Below are positions 9,334 through 18,310 of a DNA stretch of 64,000 bases, piece by piece. A model generated the notes under the pieces. The model searched no databases. It had not been told where the DNA came from and saw only the letters and a program-made list of their open reading frames with translations. The position numbers and the translations under genes were made by a program. Every line of letters starts with the position of its first letter. Position 1 is the stretch's first letter. The DNA comes from a virus: the IMG/VR virus record IMGVR_UViG_3300020478_001251, positions 1 to 64,000 of that record. One strand, given 5' to 3'.

Positions 9334-12300
9334 CTATCCAAATTTCAAACTACCCAATATCTGATTGATTGGTGCGAATGCTCCTGTGAACTTATATATC
9401 TTTCCTTTATATTTGAAAACTATACCTTCACTTGGAACTATTGCATTTGTTCCACCAATTGCATGTAATTTCTCTATTTGTATTTTTAATTGTTTTAATT
9501 TTTGAACATTACCACCACCCTTTAAATCATTTAAAGCTTTGATAACTTCTTTTCTCATTTTTTGAACAGTCAAATCTGGTGATACTGCAATAAATCCTGA
9601 AATATTTTTTAATATTTCTGCACCAACTGAAAAGAATAATATCTCAAATGGTTTTATATTTTGTTTAAACAACTTTATATGATTTATTTTATCCGTACTT
9701 AATATCCAATCTAAAAATTTTGGATTATTTTTAAAATCTTTTTTAATCATTCCAATCTTATATGACTTATCAAAGAATGCCCAACGATTAACCAAACTAA
9801 CATACTGATTTGGTTTTAAACTTACCTTAAATTGTTTAGATGCATTGAACACATATTCTCTCCAATACGCTTCGTGATAACTACCTAATGTATCCGAATC
9901 TTTCAATGCATATTGTTTTTGTAATCTTAATAATTGTCCTAAAAATTTACTTTTCATCTTACCAAAGTTTTGAACTTTTGGTACAGTCAAAAAATTAGGT
10001 TTACCAATTTTAAAAACACCTTGTATATGTGCATTTATTTGTCTAATCATACCTGCTAACATTCTAGCACTATCCTTTGGTTGTCCAATCGGTTTACCAC
10101 TTACATCATACTCTAATGTTCCATGAAATACTATTTCACAAACATCATAATCAATAACATTTGCTGTTGCTGGATACATAATCTCTAAATTCATCCATCT
10201 TTTACCATTTCCAAAAACTTTTTCTTTTTGTGCAACACTTAAACCACCTATTGCTTTTTCTAAATCACTCATCGCAAAAACAAAAGCTTTCTTAATATTA
10301 CCTCTACCAGCAAACATACTTTTTATACCACTCGTGGTAGGTGCAGTTTTACCATAATTTTTTAAATGGCCTTTGTTACGAGCTGCTCTTAATTTCCCAT
10401 CAACCCAACTTATCATTAAGTTTTGTCCGTCAAGTTTCTCTGTAACTCCATCTTCTCTGGCAAGTGTTCCACCTAACCCATTAATAATTATCTGTTTCAA
10501 ATCTGAAAATGTAAGATTATTGTCATCAAAAGGATGAGACATATGTCCATAAGCTCCACCCATAAGTAGTAACTCCTTTGTTTCGTTTGTTATATCTATT
10601 TGTTCTTGTATTTTTTTAATTTTTTCTACACCCTTTGTTGATGTTTTCATATCATGTGTTAATGAATCTTTCATCTTAGCAGTAGGTTTACCGAAGAATT
10701 TTACAATTTCCCATCCCAATTTCTTTGCCATATTTGTCATATGTGCTCTGTATTTTGGAAATGGTTTATCTACACTATCTTCATTAGATGTTTTCTGATT
10801 TATTGTTTTACCAAATGTGACTGTATCTACTCTATCTTGTACATAAGTAAAATCATATCCAGGGTCAGTTGCTCTATCATAATTTACAATATCATCAATC
10901 ATATCCCATCCTAAAATTTCTGCATGTCTTGGTGATACTCGTTTATAATCTTTAAAATCATTAAAGAAATCATATAAACCCTCATCATCTAAATCACTTG
11001 CATTAAAATGTGCCCCATGTGCACTTACTTCTTTTACTAATTTTTTTACTGATGGTTGATTATAAAATTCAAATAATTTTTTAAACTTATTTGTCAACAT
11101 ATTGTAAACACCTTGATTATAATAACCAAATAATTTTTTAAATATTTTAGGTCTATCTTCTTCTTTAACTTTAGGTGAACCCAAAATATTTCTCATTGTA
11201 GTACCTGATATTTCATTACCACCAATTTTCATACTAACATGCGGAGCAACCATATAATACCCATGCTCTTCATGTCCTTTTAAATTATTTCTATTTTTAT
11301 TAAAATCTTGGAAATAAGATAATCCACCTGTTTTCTTTCTACCACCTTTTAATCTACCTGCATCTTTCTTACCAAAAATATAAACAACTGCAGTAGTTTC
11401 TGGGTCGAATTTTTTAAGTAATGAGGCAGCTACTAATGGTGATTTTTCAAAGACAATACGACTCTTAGGAACACCCATCATAGACATATGACGAGCTTTT
11501 TCCGCAAAGTTCATTGGGTGTCTTGGTAACGATTTAATATTAGATGTGGCTATATATGCTATATCAACCTTAGATTGTAACCATTTAAAAGTCTTAAAAT
11601 GGTGAGGCCCAAACGGCTGAAACCGTCCACCATAAACACCTACTATTGTTTTAATTTTTGATTTCTTTTCATTCAAATTGGTTGCATTATCCCCACTTTC
11701 TATACTTGAATATACAACATTTTCCATATATAAGTCAAGCTTTTTTTCAAGATTTTCTACTGGTTCATAACCTCTTTTCTTTTTGTTTTTCGTTGTTTGG
11801 TGTCCAGGTTTATTATGTGTAGTTCCATCATCATCTCCATCATAAGTGTCTGGTTCTGCTAATTTGCCCATAGTACCTGAACCTTGAGAACCAGCGTGAT
11901 GTCCTGAAAAAGATTTTTCTATATCTGTACCTGGTTCATCTTTTACTTTATTTCCCTTTTTAATTTTATCTTTTACCTTATTTGGTAATGAAGCTTCTGC
12001 TCTTTGTTGTCTTAATTTTTTCTTCCACTTCTTTCTACCTTTTGCACTTGGTGATGGAATTACTCCAGCAGGTGCACCAAACTCTTCACCTAAAAACTTT
12101 TTCGTTTCTAAATCTTTTATCTTATCACCAATCTGTCTTCCTCTTAATCCAATAAACTCATCACCACCAACCTTAACTGATAATTTAAATGTTGATAATT
12201 TTTTAAAATCTTTTCCAATCATTTTACCATATTGTAGAATTTGTAGTGGTGTTAAAGAAGTTTTCTCTTGTGCCTTTTTTACCATATAAATGTCTCGTGG

Positions 12301-14253
12301 TTTAAAACTATTTAGATAAACTAAAAATTGAATGTTACTAACTTCTTTACCACTATACTTTAATAAGTTCAACACCTTTCCTAATCTCTGTACTTTATTA
12401 CCTCTTAAAATAAATGATAAAAATAAAATATAATCCTTGACATTTGGATAAGGTTTTTGTAACTTTAAACCTGGAAATATTTGTTTTGTAAATCCAAACT
12501 TATCACAAGCCTCCATAAATAATTTAGATGATTTCCCTTTCTGAATTGCCTTTATAAACTCTTCCCTAATTCTTTCCCCACTTACACCATGTAAACTTGG
12601 ATTCTTTAATAAAGCTATTTCTGTTTCTTTATCCATCTTACCACCAACTACTGCTTGAAATCTTAATGCTCGTAACTTTCTTAATGGGTCTTCATCAAAT
12701 CTTCTTTTAGGACTACCGACTGTTTTAATTATTTTTGCTTTTAAATCTTTTAATCCACCAGTTAAATCTACAACTTGATTAGTTCCTATATCATAGAATA
12801 ATGAATTGATTGTTAAATCTCTACGATTAACATCACCTTTTATATCTGAAAAATCTACTGCGGTTGGTCTTCTACCTCTACCAATATCTTTTCTAAATGT
12901 AGCAATCTCGTGTCCACCCACAACCACTACTCCAAATGATTTACCTACTTCATATGTTTTGAATCCACCTTGTTTTGCAATCTTCAATACTTCATCTGGT
13001 TTTGCATCTGTGGCTAAATCGAAATCTTTTGGTGCTTTACCAAGAATTGCATCACGAACTGCTCCACCCACGATATATAATTGTTTTTTATTTTTCCTAA
13101 ATAATCTATACAACCCTTTAATATCACCAGGAACTTTTAACATAATTCTATTATTTGATTCTGCAACAACATCCGTATCTTTAATAGCACTTTTTTTCTT
13201 TTTCTTATCTGTAGTAACATAAGTATCATATTTATCTGCTGGTGAATGTTCGTATTGTCTAATTTTTAAATTTAATTTAGATTTATAATCTTTTGGTAAT
13301 GTATTTTCAATTCCTAAAAACTTAACTGCTCCTGGTATCAAATATAAAGTCATTTCTCTTTTATTTAAATTCATCATAACTTGACTTGAAGTCCATAATT
13401 TATTTTGAGCCCTAACTAAATCATACTTAGCACCTTTATTTTGAGTATGATTATAAAACGATGGAAATACTTTTTTATAGTCATCCGTTTTATCTATAAT
13501 ATCCATTGCATTTTTCATTCTCAGCTGTGAAGATAATTTATCAGGACCTCTTTGATATCCTTGTTCTGGGTGTTCTATTCCATGATTAGTTCTAACGATT
13601 GATGATTTATCTATATTATGAATTTTAACTAATGGTTTAGTTCTACTTGTATTTTCAATAACCACTACCTTTTTACCATCACTTACAATTGTATGTCCTT
13701 TAACACCACCTTTAAATTTTACAAGTGAATCTACAACTTTTTTTAATGTTTTCTTTCCTAATGCCTCACGAATTCTTTCTCCATCTTTAGACATTGCTTT
13801 CTTTTTCTTTGCTTTATCAAAATCTTTTTCATCTCTTTTTACAAATAATGCTGAATTAACCAATCCTATTCCATAAGAATTCATACCTTCTGACCAGTCT
13901 GTATCTTGGTCTATTACATAACAAACTTCAACACCATAACCATTTAATTCCCTAACAACTTTTAAATTTGGATTATAATTTCTATCACGATTTTTTCCAA
14001 TTACAACATCATCACCGAATTTTTTTGAGAATGCAACGCACTCATCCACTTGTTCTTCTTTAGGAACAACTCTAAATTTTAATGCCGGCCTATCGTTGAT
14101 AAGTAAATCACCTTTTTCATTCCATTTGATAGATTTAATCTTAACTTTTTTATTTTTAAATCTACCCATCTTGACTGTATCACCAATCTCAATTGGTAAA
14201 TCTACACTCTCATCGATAAGTGGCTTGATTAACCATTCTGTTAATTGAGTCAC
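9334..14253 (-). CDS. Multidomain polyprotein: Ntn-hydrolase + CCA-adding enzyme + cytidylyltransferase-fold + RNA-ligase-like (DUF6267-like)
   Basis: Probable GTG start at 14253, just after the upstream stop. Ntn: CVAF...GKNRDR, EGMNSYGIGLVNS, RTNH. CCA: VGGAVRD..DFDLAT, RRDLTIN, EDPLR, ERIREE. HIGH-like: GGRFQPFGPHH, ISGTTMR. Ligase: EKLDGQN, NLEI, EGIVFK, YKFTG. Confidence 0.85.
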   Translation of the reverse strand: MTQLTEWLIKPLIDESVDLPIEIGDTVKMGRFKNKKVKIKSIKWNEKGDLLINDRPALKFRVVPKEEQVDECVAFSKKFGDDVVIGKNRDRNYNPNLKVVRELNGYGVEVCYVIDQDTDWSEGMNSYGIGLVNSALFVKRDEKDFDKAKKKKAMSKDGERIREALGKKTLKKVVDSLVKFKGGVKGHTIVSDGKKVVVIENTSRTKPLVKIHNIDKSSIVRTNHGIEHPEQGYQRGPDKLSSQLRMKNAMDIIDKTDDYKKVFPSFYNHTQNKGAKYDLVRAQNKLWTSSQVMMNLNKREMTLYLIPGAVKFLGIENTLPKDYKSKLNLKIRQYEHSPADKYDTYVTTDKKKKKSAIKDTDVVAESNNRIMLKVPGDIKGLYRLFRKNKKQLYIVGGAVRDAILGKAPKDFDLATDAKPDEVLKIAKQGGFKTYEVGKSFGVVVVGGHEIATFRKDIGRGRRPTAVDFSDIKGDVNRRDLTINSLFYDIGTNQVVDLTGGLKDLKAKIIKTVGSPKRRFDEDPLRKLRALRFQAVVGGKMDKETEIALLKNPSLHGVSGERIREEFIKAIQKGKSSKLFMEACDKFGFTKQIFPGLKLQKPYPNVKDYILFLSFILRGNKVQRLGKVLNLLKYSGKEVSNIQFLVYLNSFKPRDIYMVKKAQEKTSLTPLQILQYGKMIGKDFKKLSTFKLSVKVGGDEFIGLRGRQIGDKIKDLETKKFLGEEFGAPAGVIPSPSAKGRKKWKKKLRQQRAEASLPNKVKDKIKKGNKVKDEPGTDIEKSFSGHHAGSQGSGTMGKLAEPDTYDGDDDGTTHNKPGHQTTKNKKKRGYEPVENLEKKLDLYMENVVYSSIESGDNATNLNEKKSKIKTIVGVYGGRFQPFGPHHFKTFKWLQSKVDIAYIATSNIKSLPRHPMNFAEKARHMSMMGVPKSRIVFEKSPLVAASLLKKFDPETTAVVYIFGKKDAGRLKGGRKKTGGLSYFQDFNKNRNNLKGHEEHGYYMVAPHVSMKIGGNEISGTTMRNILGSPKVKEEDRPKIFKKLFGYYNQGVYNMLTNKFKKLFEFYNQPSVKKLVKEVSAHGAHFNASDLDDEGLYDFFNDFKDYKRVSPRHAEILGWDMIDDIVNYDRATDPGYDFTYVQDRVDTVTFGKTINQKTSNEDSVDKPFPKYRAHMTNMAKKLGWEIVKFFGKPTAKMKDSLTHDMKTSTKGVEKIKKIQEQIDITNETKELLLMGGAYGHMSHPFDDNNLTFSDLKQIIINGLGGTLAREDGVTEKLDGQNLMISWVDGKLRAARNKGHLKNYGKTAPTTSGIKSMFAGRGNIKKAFVFAMSDLEKAIGGLSVAQKEKVFGNGKRWMNLEIMYPATANVIDYDVCEIVFHGTLEYDVSGKPIGQPKDSARMLAGMIRQINAHIQGVFKIGKPNFLTVPKVQNFGKMKSKFLGQLLRLQKQYALKDSDTLGSYHEAYWREYVFNASKQFKVSLKPNQYVSLVNRWAFFDKSYKIGMIKKDFKNNPKFLDWILSTDKINHIKLFKQNIKPFEILFFSVGAEILKNISGFIAVSPDLTVQKMRKEVIKALNDLKGGGNVQKLKQLKIQIEKLHAIGGTNAIVPSEGIVFKYKGKIYKFTGAFAPINQILGSLKFG

Positions 14254-14254
14254 T

Positions 14255-15268
14255 TTACCACTTCCTACATGACCAATAACGAGCCTTATGTCTCGGGCCT
14301 GGATTATCACAATTGTGTCGTGCTCTAAAAGACTTTCTTGCCTTTGGATTAGATTTTCTAATTCTCATAGTTTTATCTTTACCACCTGCCCCAAAATTAA
14401 CTTTAACTACATTACCAGCGGGATTTTTTACATATACTTTAAACTTTTTTACATCACCTTGCATTGGCTTACCAAGTTTTACTTTACGACCTTGATATTC
14501 AGCTTCATTTAATTCTTTAGTTCTAAGGTATTCAAAGGTATATCCATATCCTTTACCTTCTGATTCATAAAAGATTTCCATTTCTTCCTTTACACAATTA
14601 GGAACTTTTCTACCATTTTTATCTTTCATTCCATATTGTTTATATCCTACCCAACAAGCTTCGTTTGTTGTAGTTTTTACAGATTCTTTTTTAGATTTAT
14701 TACCCCAATTTTTTGCACCAACTTTTCTACATTTTACCAATGCACCACTAGCGTAAGCAGAAGGCCATACATCATAACGAGATTTTACTTTATGATAACA
14801 CGCATCTTTTTCACCAGCTGCCTCATCAAATTGAGCTTCCGTAATTGGTTTACCTACTAACTCTTCTAACTTCATTTTACTCTCCACTTTCGTTTTTACT
14901 CTAATGGGTGCTTTACCTTGTCCAGCAGATTTCTTACCACCACGATTAGCTTTATTTTGTGCTGCTCTTTTTCTACGAACTGCACTTGTTTTTTGTTTTT
15001 TACTCATACTACGAGCCTTTGATGCAGGAACACATTTAGCATACGCTTGTTTTTCACCACTTGTTCCACATTCAGGATGTTTACCACTTTTATCTTTCTT
15101 TCCGATATTCACCCATTTGTCTTTAAACCATTTTCTTAAATTTTCATTCGTAATATTATCGGCGATGAGTCTTTCTTGTAAGTCATTTTTAAGTCTCATC
15201 TTATCTCCTGATGACATTCTTAATCTTTTCTTTCCAATTTCTCTCGGTTCATCTATGTGAAATTCCAT
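14255..15268 (-). CDS. Array of small basic Cys-containing modules (DUF5872/DUF6321-like), putative internal head protein
   Basis: Modules LRKWFKDKWV..C, DACYHKVKSRYDVWPSAYASG..C, ACWVGYKQ..VPNCV and AEYQGRKV..RKSFRARHNC..ARYWSC, separated by TNE, ITE, FDE and LNE sites. DUF names recalled, not searched. Confidence 0.65.
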   Translation of the reverse strand: MEFHIDEPREIGKKRLRMSSGDKMRLKNDLQERLIADNITNENLRKWFKDKWVNIGKKDKSGKHPECGTSGEKQAYAKCVPASKARSMSKKQKTSAVRRKRAAQNKANRGGKKSAGQGKAPIRVKTKVESKMKLEELVGKPITEAQFDEAAGEKDACYHKVKSRYDVWPSAYASGALVKCRKVGAKNWGNKSKKESVKTTTNEACWVGYKQYGMKDKNGRKVPNCVKEEMEIFYESEGKGYGYTFEYLRTKELNEAEYQGRKVKLGKPMQGDVKKFKVYVKNPAGNVVKVNFGAGGKDKTMRIRKSNPKARKSFRARHNCDNPGPRHKARYWSCRKW

Positions 15269-15594
15269 TACTTATCACCCTTTTTCTTTGAATGTCTAAA
15301 CCAAAAATCTATGGTTTTTCCAAATGTTGCTATAAATGTCCCTAAAATAATATTTAATAAATCTCTATGTGTTTCATCTAATTCTAAAGTTGGATGAAAT
15401 AACAAATATAATACCCACCACAATAATCCAAACATACCACAAGTAATTGTAAATTGCATCCAATCTGGTAAACCATCTCCACCATAATAAACATCAACAT
15501 CAGTTACTTTTGGTTTTTTCTTTTCCTCACACTTCTTACATTTATGTGTTGTAGGTGTTGTACTTAATTTAATATCTTTTTTAATTTCAGCCAT
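15268..15594 (-). CDS. Two-TM membrane protein, holin candidate
   Basis: Two hydrophobic segments, IDFWF and a basic C-terminal tail; close to the endolysin. Confidence 0.55.
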   Translation of the reverse strand: MAEIKKDIKLSTTPTTHKCKKCEEKKKPKVTDVDVYYGGDGLPDWMQFTITCGMFGLLWWVLYLLFHPTLELDETHRDLLNIILGTFIATFGKTIDFWFRHSKKKGDK

Positions 15595-15597
15595 AAT

Positions 15598-15909
15598 TTA
15601 TCTCGGTGGTCTTAAATCCCAGGGCCCCCAATGTTCTGTTTGTAATAATTTTTTTGCCATTTCTAAATAAGTGTATTTATAAAGTTTATATGGTTTAACT
15701 GGTATCCCACCTAACTCATAATACTTCTTCTTATTCATTAGAACTTTTTTACCATTACTAAAATCTAATACTTGATTTCCTTTTTCAATCCAACAATGTC
15801 CAAAAGGTTTACCATCTGTTGCTAAGATTGCGACACCATGAACTAATTGGTAACCATCCTTACCAATCATCCATCTTCCATTTGCTGCGTAACAATCTCC
15901 TTTTGCCAT
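15598..15909 (-). CDS. Small transglutaminase/papain-like protein (Cys-His-Asp)
   Basis: GDCY...LVHG...GHCWIE...VLDFS spacing resembles minimal transglutaminase-like cores. Confidence 0.5.
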   Translation of the reverse strand: MAKGDCYAANGRWMIGKDGYQLVHGVAILATDGKPFGHCWIEKGNQVLDFSNGKKVLMNKKKYYELGGIPVKPYKLYKYTYLEMAKKLLQTEHWGPWDLRPPR

Positions 15910-15910
15910 T

Positions 15911-16204
15911 TTATTTTAATAATTTTACGACAGTACTTCCACCTGTTACTATTTTACTAATAGATATTGGATAGATTTCTCCTGCAATTAATCCTTTAGT
16001 AATAGTACCACCTTCTAATGCTGTAAAGGTATAATTACTTCCTTCATGTAAAATAAAAGCTTGGTTTTTAAATGAACCCGTTGGTTCATAAGTTGTACTT
16101 GCCCCTACTTCATGAATTGCTGTGAAAGTATTATCTCCTCTTAAATCACCTTTTGTTCTACTTACAAATGGTGCTTGATATCGTGTTACACTTGACCATG
16201 ACAT
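15911..16204 (-). CDS. Hypothetical beta-rich protein
   Basis: ORF with GGAG Shine-Dalgarno; no recognised motif. Confidence 0.5.
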   Translation of the reverse strand: MSWSSVTRYQAPFVSRTKGDLRGDNTFTAIHEVGASTTYEPTGSFKNQAFILHEGSNYTFTALEGGTITKGLIAGEIYPISISKIVTGGSTVVKLLK

Positions 16205-16215
16205 ATTTTATCTCC

Positions 16216-16698
16216 TTAAACTGATAATGCTCTTTTAAACCATCCGAACAAAAATCTTTCTTGTTCTGGTTTCTTGTTAACTAAATCGTAATAATGTTTC
16301 ATTCTATAACAACGAACTCTATCTATAGATGGTTTATAAGTTTCTAATGCACCTTTAGTGCCTGGTCCAAATCCACCATCAACTGCTAAATCCGCACCTT
16401 TACCATTACAAGCTCGTTGTAAAATTCTTACTGCTGTTCCTCTACCTTGATTAACACACATATCAAAAAAGATATGTTTTAATTGGTCATCAAGTTCATC
16501 AACTTTATTTTTATCCCAATAATCTCTTTTATAAATTTCTTTTGCACCCTCTTTAGTAAGGTTTTTAATATCTACATCTGGATAGAATCTTTTTGCTATT
16601 CCGTAATTAGTTTCACCACCTAAATCTTTTGGGTCGTGAACATATCCGCCTTCGTGATGTAGTGTTACTTCTATAATTTCATCAAAAGTAGTTAACAT
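16216..16698 (-). CDS. Endolysin, glycoside hydrolase family 108 with peptidoglycan-binding C-terminus
   Basis: HEGGYVHDPKDLGGETNYGI, YKRDYWD, FDMCVNQG, VDGGFGPGT, FLFGWFKR. Start reassigned to ATG 16698 (MLTTFDEII), which has an upstream GGAG. Confidence 0.92.
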   Translation of the reverse strand: MLTTFDEIIEVTLHHEGGYVHDPKDLGGETNYGIAKRFYPDVDIKNLTKEGAKEIYKRDYWDKNKVDELDDQLKHIFFDMCVNQGRGTAVRILQRACNGKGADLAVDGGFGPGTKGALETYKPSIDRVRCYRMKHYYDLVNKKPEQERFLFGWFKRALSV

Positions 16699-16699
16699 T

Positions 16700-17470
16700 T
16701 TATTTTCTCCCTTTATGTCTAAGTATGATTTGTTTTTCAACCCATTTTCTTCCAAGTGGGTTTTTGATAGGCATGTTAGCAAATTTTCTAACAACCTTAG
16801 TAACCAATGGTACAAATTTTGCCTCCGCTTCATCTTCGTCTAAATGTTTTGAATTATCAATTATGACGAAATTTCCTTTAAATAAATTCTGAAAAGCACC
16901 AATGTTCTTTTGAACATCAGTCCAACTTTTCTTTAATAATTGTGGTGGTAATACTCTATCTCTTTCTTGATTTCTTTTTTGTGCTACTTCTAATGATGTG
17001 TTAACCATTACCATATATGTATCGTATCCGTCTTCTTCTAACATTTTTTTCATAGTATGTATTTTACCGAAGTCGTGTCCTGTCCCATCAATAATCATAC
17101 CCAACTTACCTTGTTGGTATAATTTCATTCTCTGTTTAGTAAGAGATTTAGCAAAAGTTCTCAATCCACTATCTACATCTTGTGGTTTACTAACCATATC
17201 TTTTGATGTACCTGTTAACTGAGCAAAAACTTCATCTGGCATTTTATCTAAATCTGTTCCGAATCCATACTTGTGTAGTAAGAATTTAAGTTCTTTATCT
17301 GAGTTAACCATCTTCATACCACTCATAGAAATATTAAACTTCTCAGGTATACCAAATAGATTTTTTGCCACATAAGTTTTACCACTTCCAGGACCACCTG
17401 CAAGAAAAACGGCTTTGAAGATACCAGCATCTGCTATACCTTCTTGTAATAAATCTGACAACCTTATCAT
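16700..17470 (-). CDS. P-loop kinase (zeta-toxin/AAA_33/PNK-like) with capsid-targeting-like N-terminus
   Basis: FLAGGPGSGKT, VNSD, IIDGTG and lid motif RNQERDR; begins MIRLSDLLQE/G. Confidence 0.8.
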   Translation of the reverse strand: MIRLSDLLQEGIADAGIFKAVFLAGGPGSGKTYVAKNLFGIPEKFNISMSGMKMVNSDKELKFLLHKYGFGTDLDKMPDEVFAQLTGTSKDMVSKPQDVDSGLRTFAKSLTKQRMKLYQQGKLGMIIDGTGHDFGKIHTMKKMLEEDGYDTYMVMVNTSLEVAQKRNQERDRVLPPQLLKKSWTDVQKNIGAFQNLFKGNFVIIDNSKHLDEDEAEAKFVPLVTKVVRKFANMPIKNPLGRKWVEKQIILRHKGRK

Positions 17471-17754
17471 TATTCTACTTCTGGTAAGTCATCTATCGGT
17501 TCTATTTCTACTATTTCTTCTACTATTTCTTCGGCTTGTAGGGCATCTACTATAGCCTGATTTTTAGCGTGGATTTCACGGCGTTTTTCCGCTTCTTCGT
17601 TTTCAGAACCACATGGTTCAAACCATACCATATCATGTGTTTCTATTTTTTGACCACAATGTCCTTCTCCACAATCCTCACTACAAGCATCTGGATGGAC
17701 TTCGAAAAAATCATCATCAGCTAAGTTTTTTTCCCATGTTGTTAATTCTGACAT
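17470..17754 (-). CDS. Small acidic Cys/His-containing hypothetical protein
   Basis: GGAG Shine-Dalgarno and upstream promoter-like motif; ACSEDCGEGHC. Confidence 0.5.
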   Translation of the reverse strand: MSELTTWEKNLADDDFFEVHPDACSEDCGEGHCGQKIETHDMVWFEPCGSENEEAEKRREIHAKNQAIVDALQAEEIVEEIVEIEPIDDLPEVE

Positions 17755-17801
17755 AATATTCTCCAGTTAATTTAAAGTCTTATACACTTATAAATATAAA
17801 A

Positions 17802-18209
17802 CTACCAAGTTTTAGTTCGCAATCTCCTACGACCTTCTAAACCTTTTTTCCAACAAAAGCCATGATTTCTATACATTTTATTACGATATATTGGTATTTC
17901 GGTTTTACCAAGTAAATAATATGCTTGAATCCTATGATGTCCATCCATTATTTGATTCTTATTATTTACAAATATAGGTAATTCAATACCTTGATTGATT
18001 ATAGATTGAAAATATAATACTAAAGATTTGTTAGTATTTTCACCAACACACTCACAAACTGGTCCTTCTGATTTTTTTCTTGGTGTATTTAGTTCTTCTA
18101 TATCATTTACAAAATTATGTTTACCGCCATTGAAACTTACAAAGTCTTCAATATTTAATAAATCAAATTCTTGTGGAAACAATTTAAGAAAAAAATCTGT
18201 TTCACTCAT
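17802..18209 (-). CDS. ParB/sulfiredoxin-like domain protein
   Basis: PIFV...IMDGHHRIQA motif. Confidence 0.7.
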   Translation of the reverse strand: MSETDFFLKLFPQEFDLLNIEDFVSFNGGKHNFVNDIEELNTPRKKSEGPVCECVGENTNKSLVLYFQSIINQGIELPIFVNNKNQIMDGHHRIQAYYLLGKTEIPIYRNKMYRNHGFCWKKGLEGRRRLRTKTW

Positions 18210-18310
18210 TTGTAAATAAACGGGTCTCGTTTTCTAAGTTCTTTAAGTTTTTTCTTTAACTTTCTTTTTTGTTTCCAATCTTGAAACCATTTTTTTATTG
18301 TTTTAAACAT
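18206..18310 (-). CDS. 34-aa basic peptide
   Basis: Manual translation MFKTIKKWFQDWKQKRKLKKKLKELRKRDPFIYK; fills the gap exactly and overlaps both neighbours. Confidence 0.65.
   Translation of the reverse strand: MFKTIKKWFQDWKQKRKLKKKLKELRKRDPFIYK

Noticed and set aside
14254-14310. ORF-track starts at 14310 (and likewise 16833, 4363, 41954, 41014)
   Set aside because: They overlap upstream genes or lack an RBS; downstream starts with Shine-Dalgarno or stop-start coupling fit better.
16700-17754. Epsilon/zeta toxin-antitoxin pair (small acidic ORF upstream of a zeta-like kinase)
   Set aside because: The upstream protein does not resemble a helical epsilon antitoxin, and the kinase leader points to virion cargo. 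Not strictly excluded.
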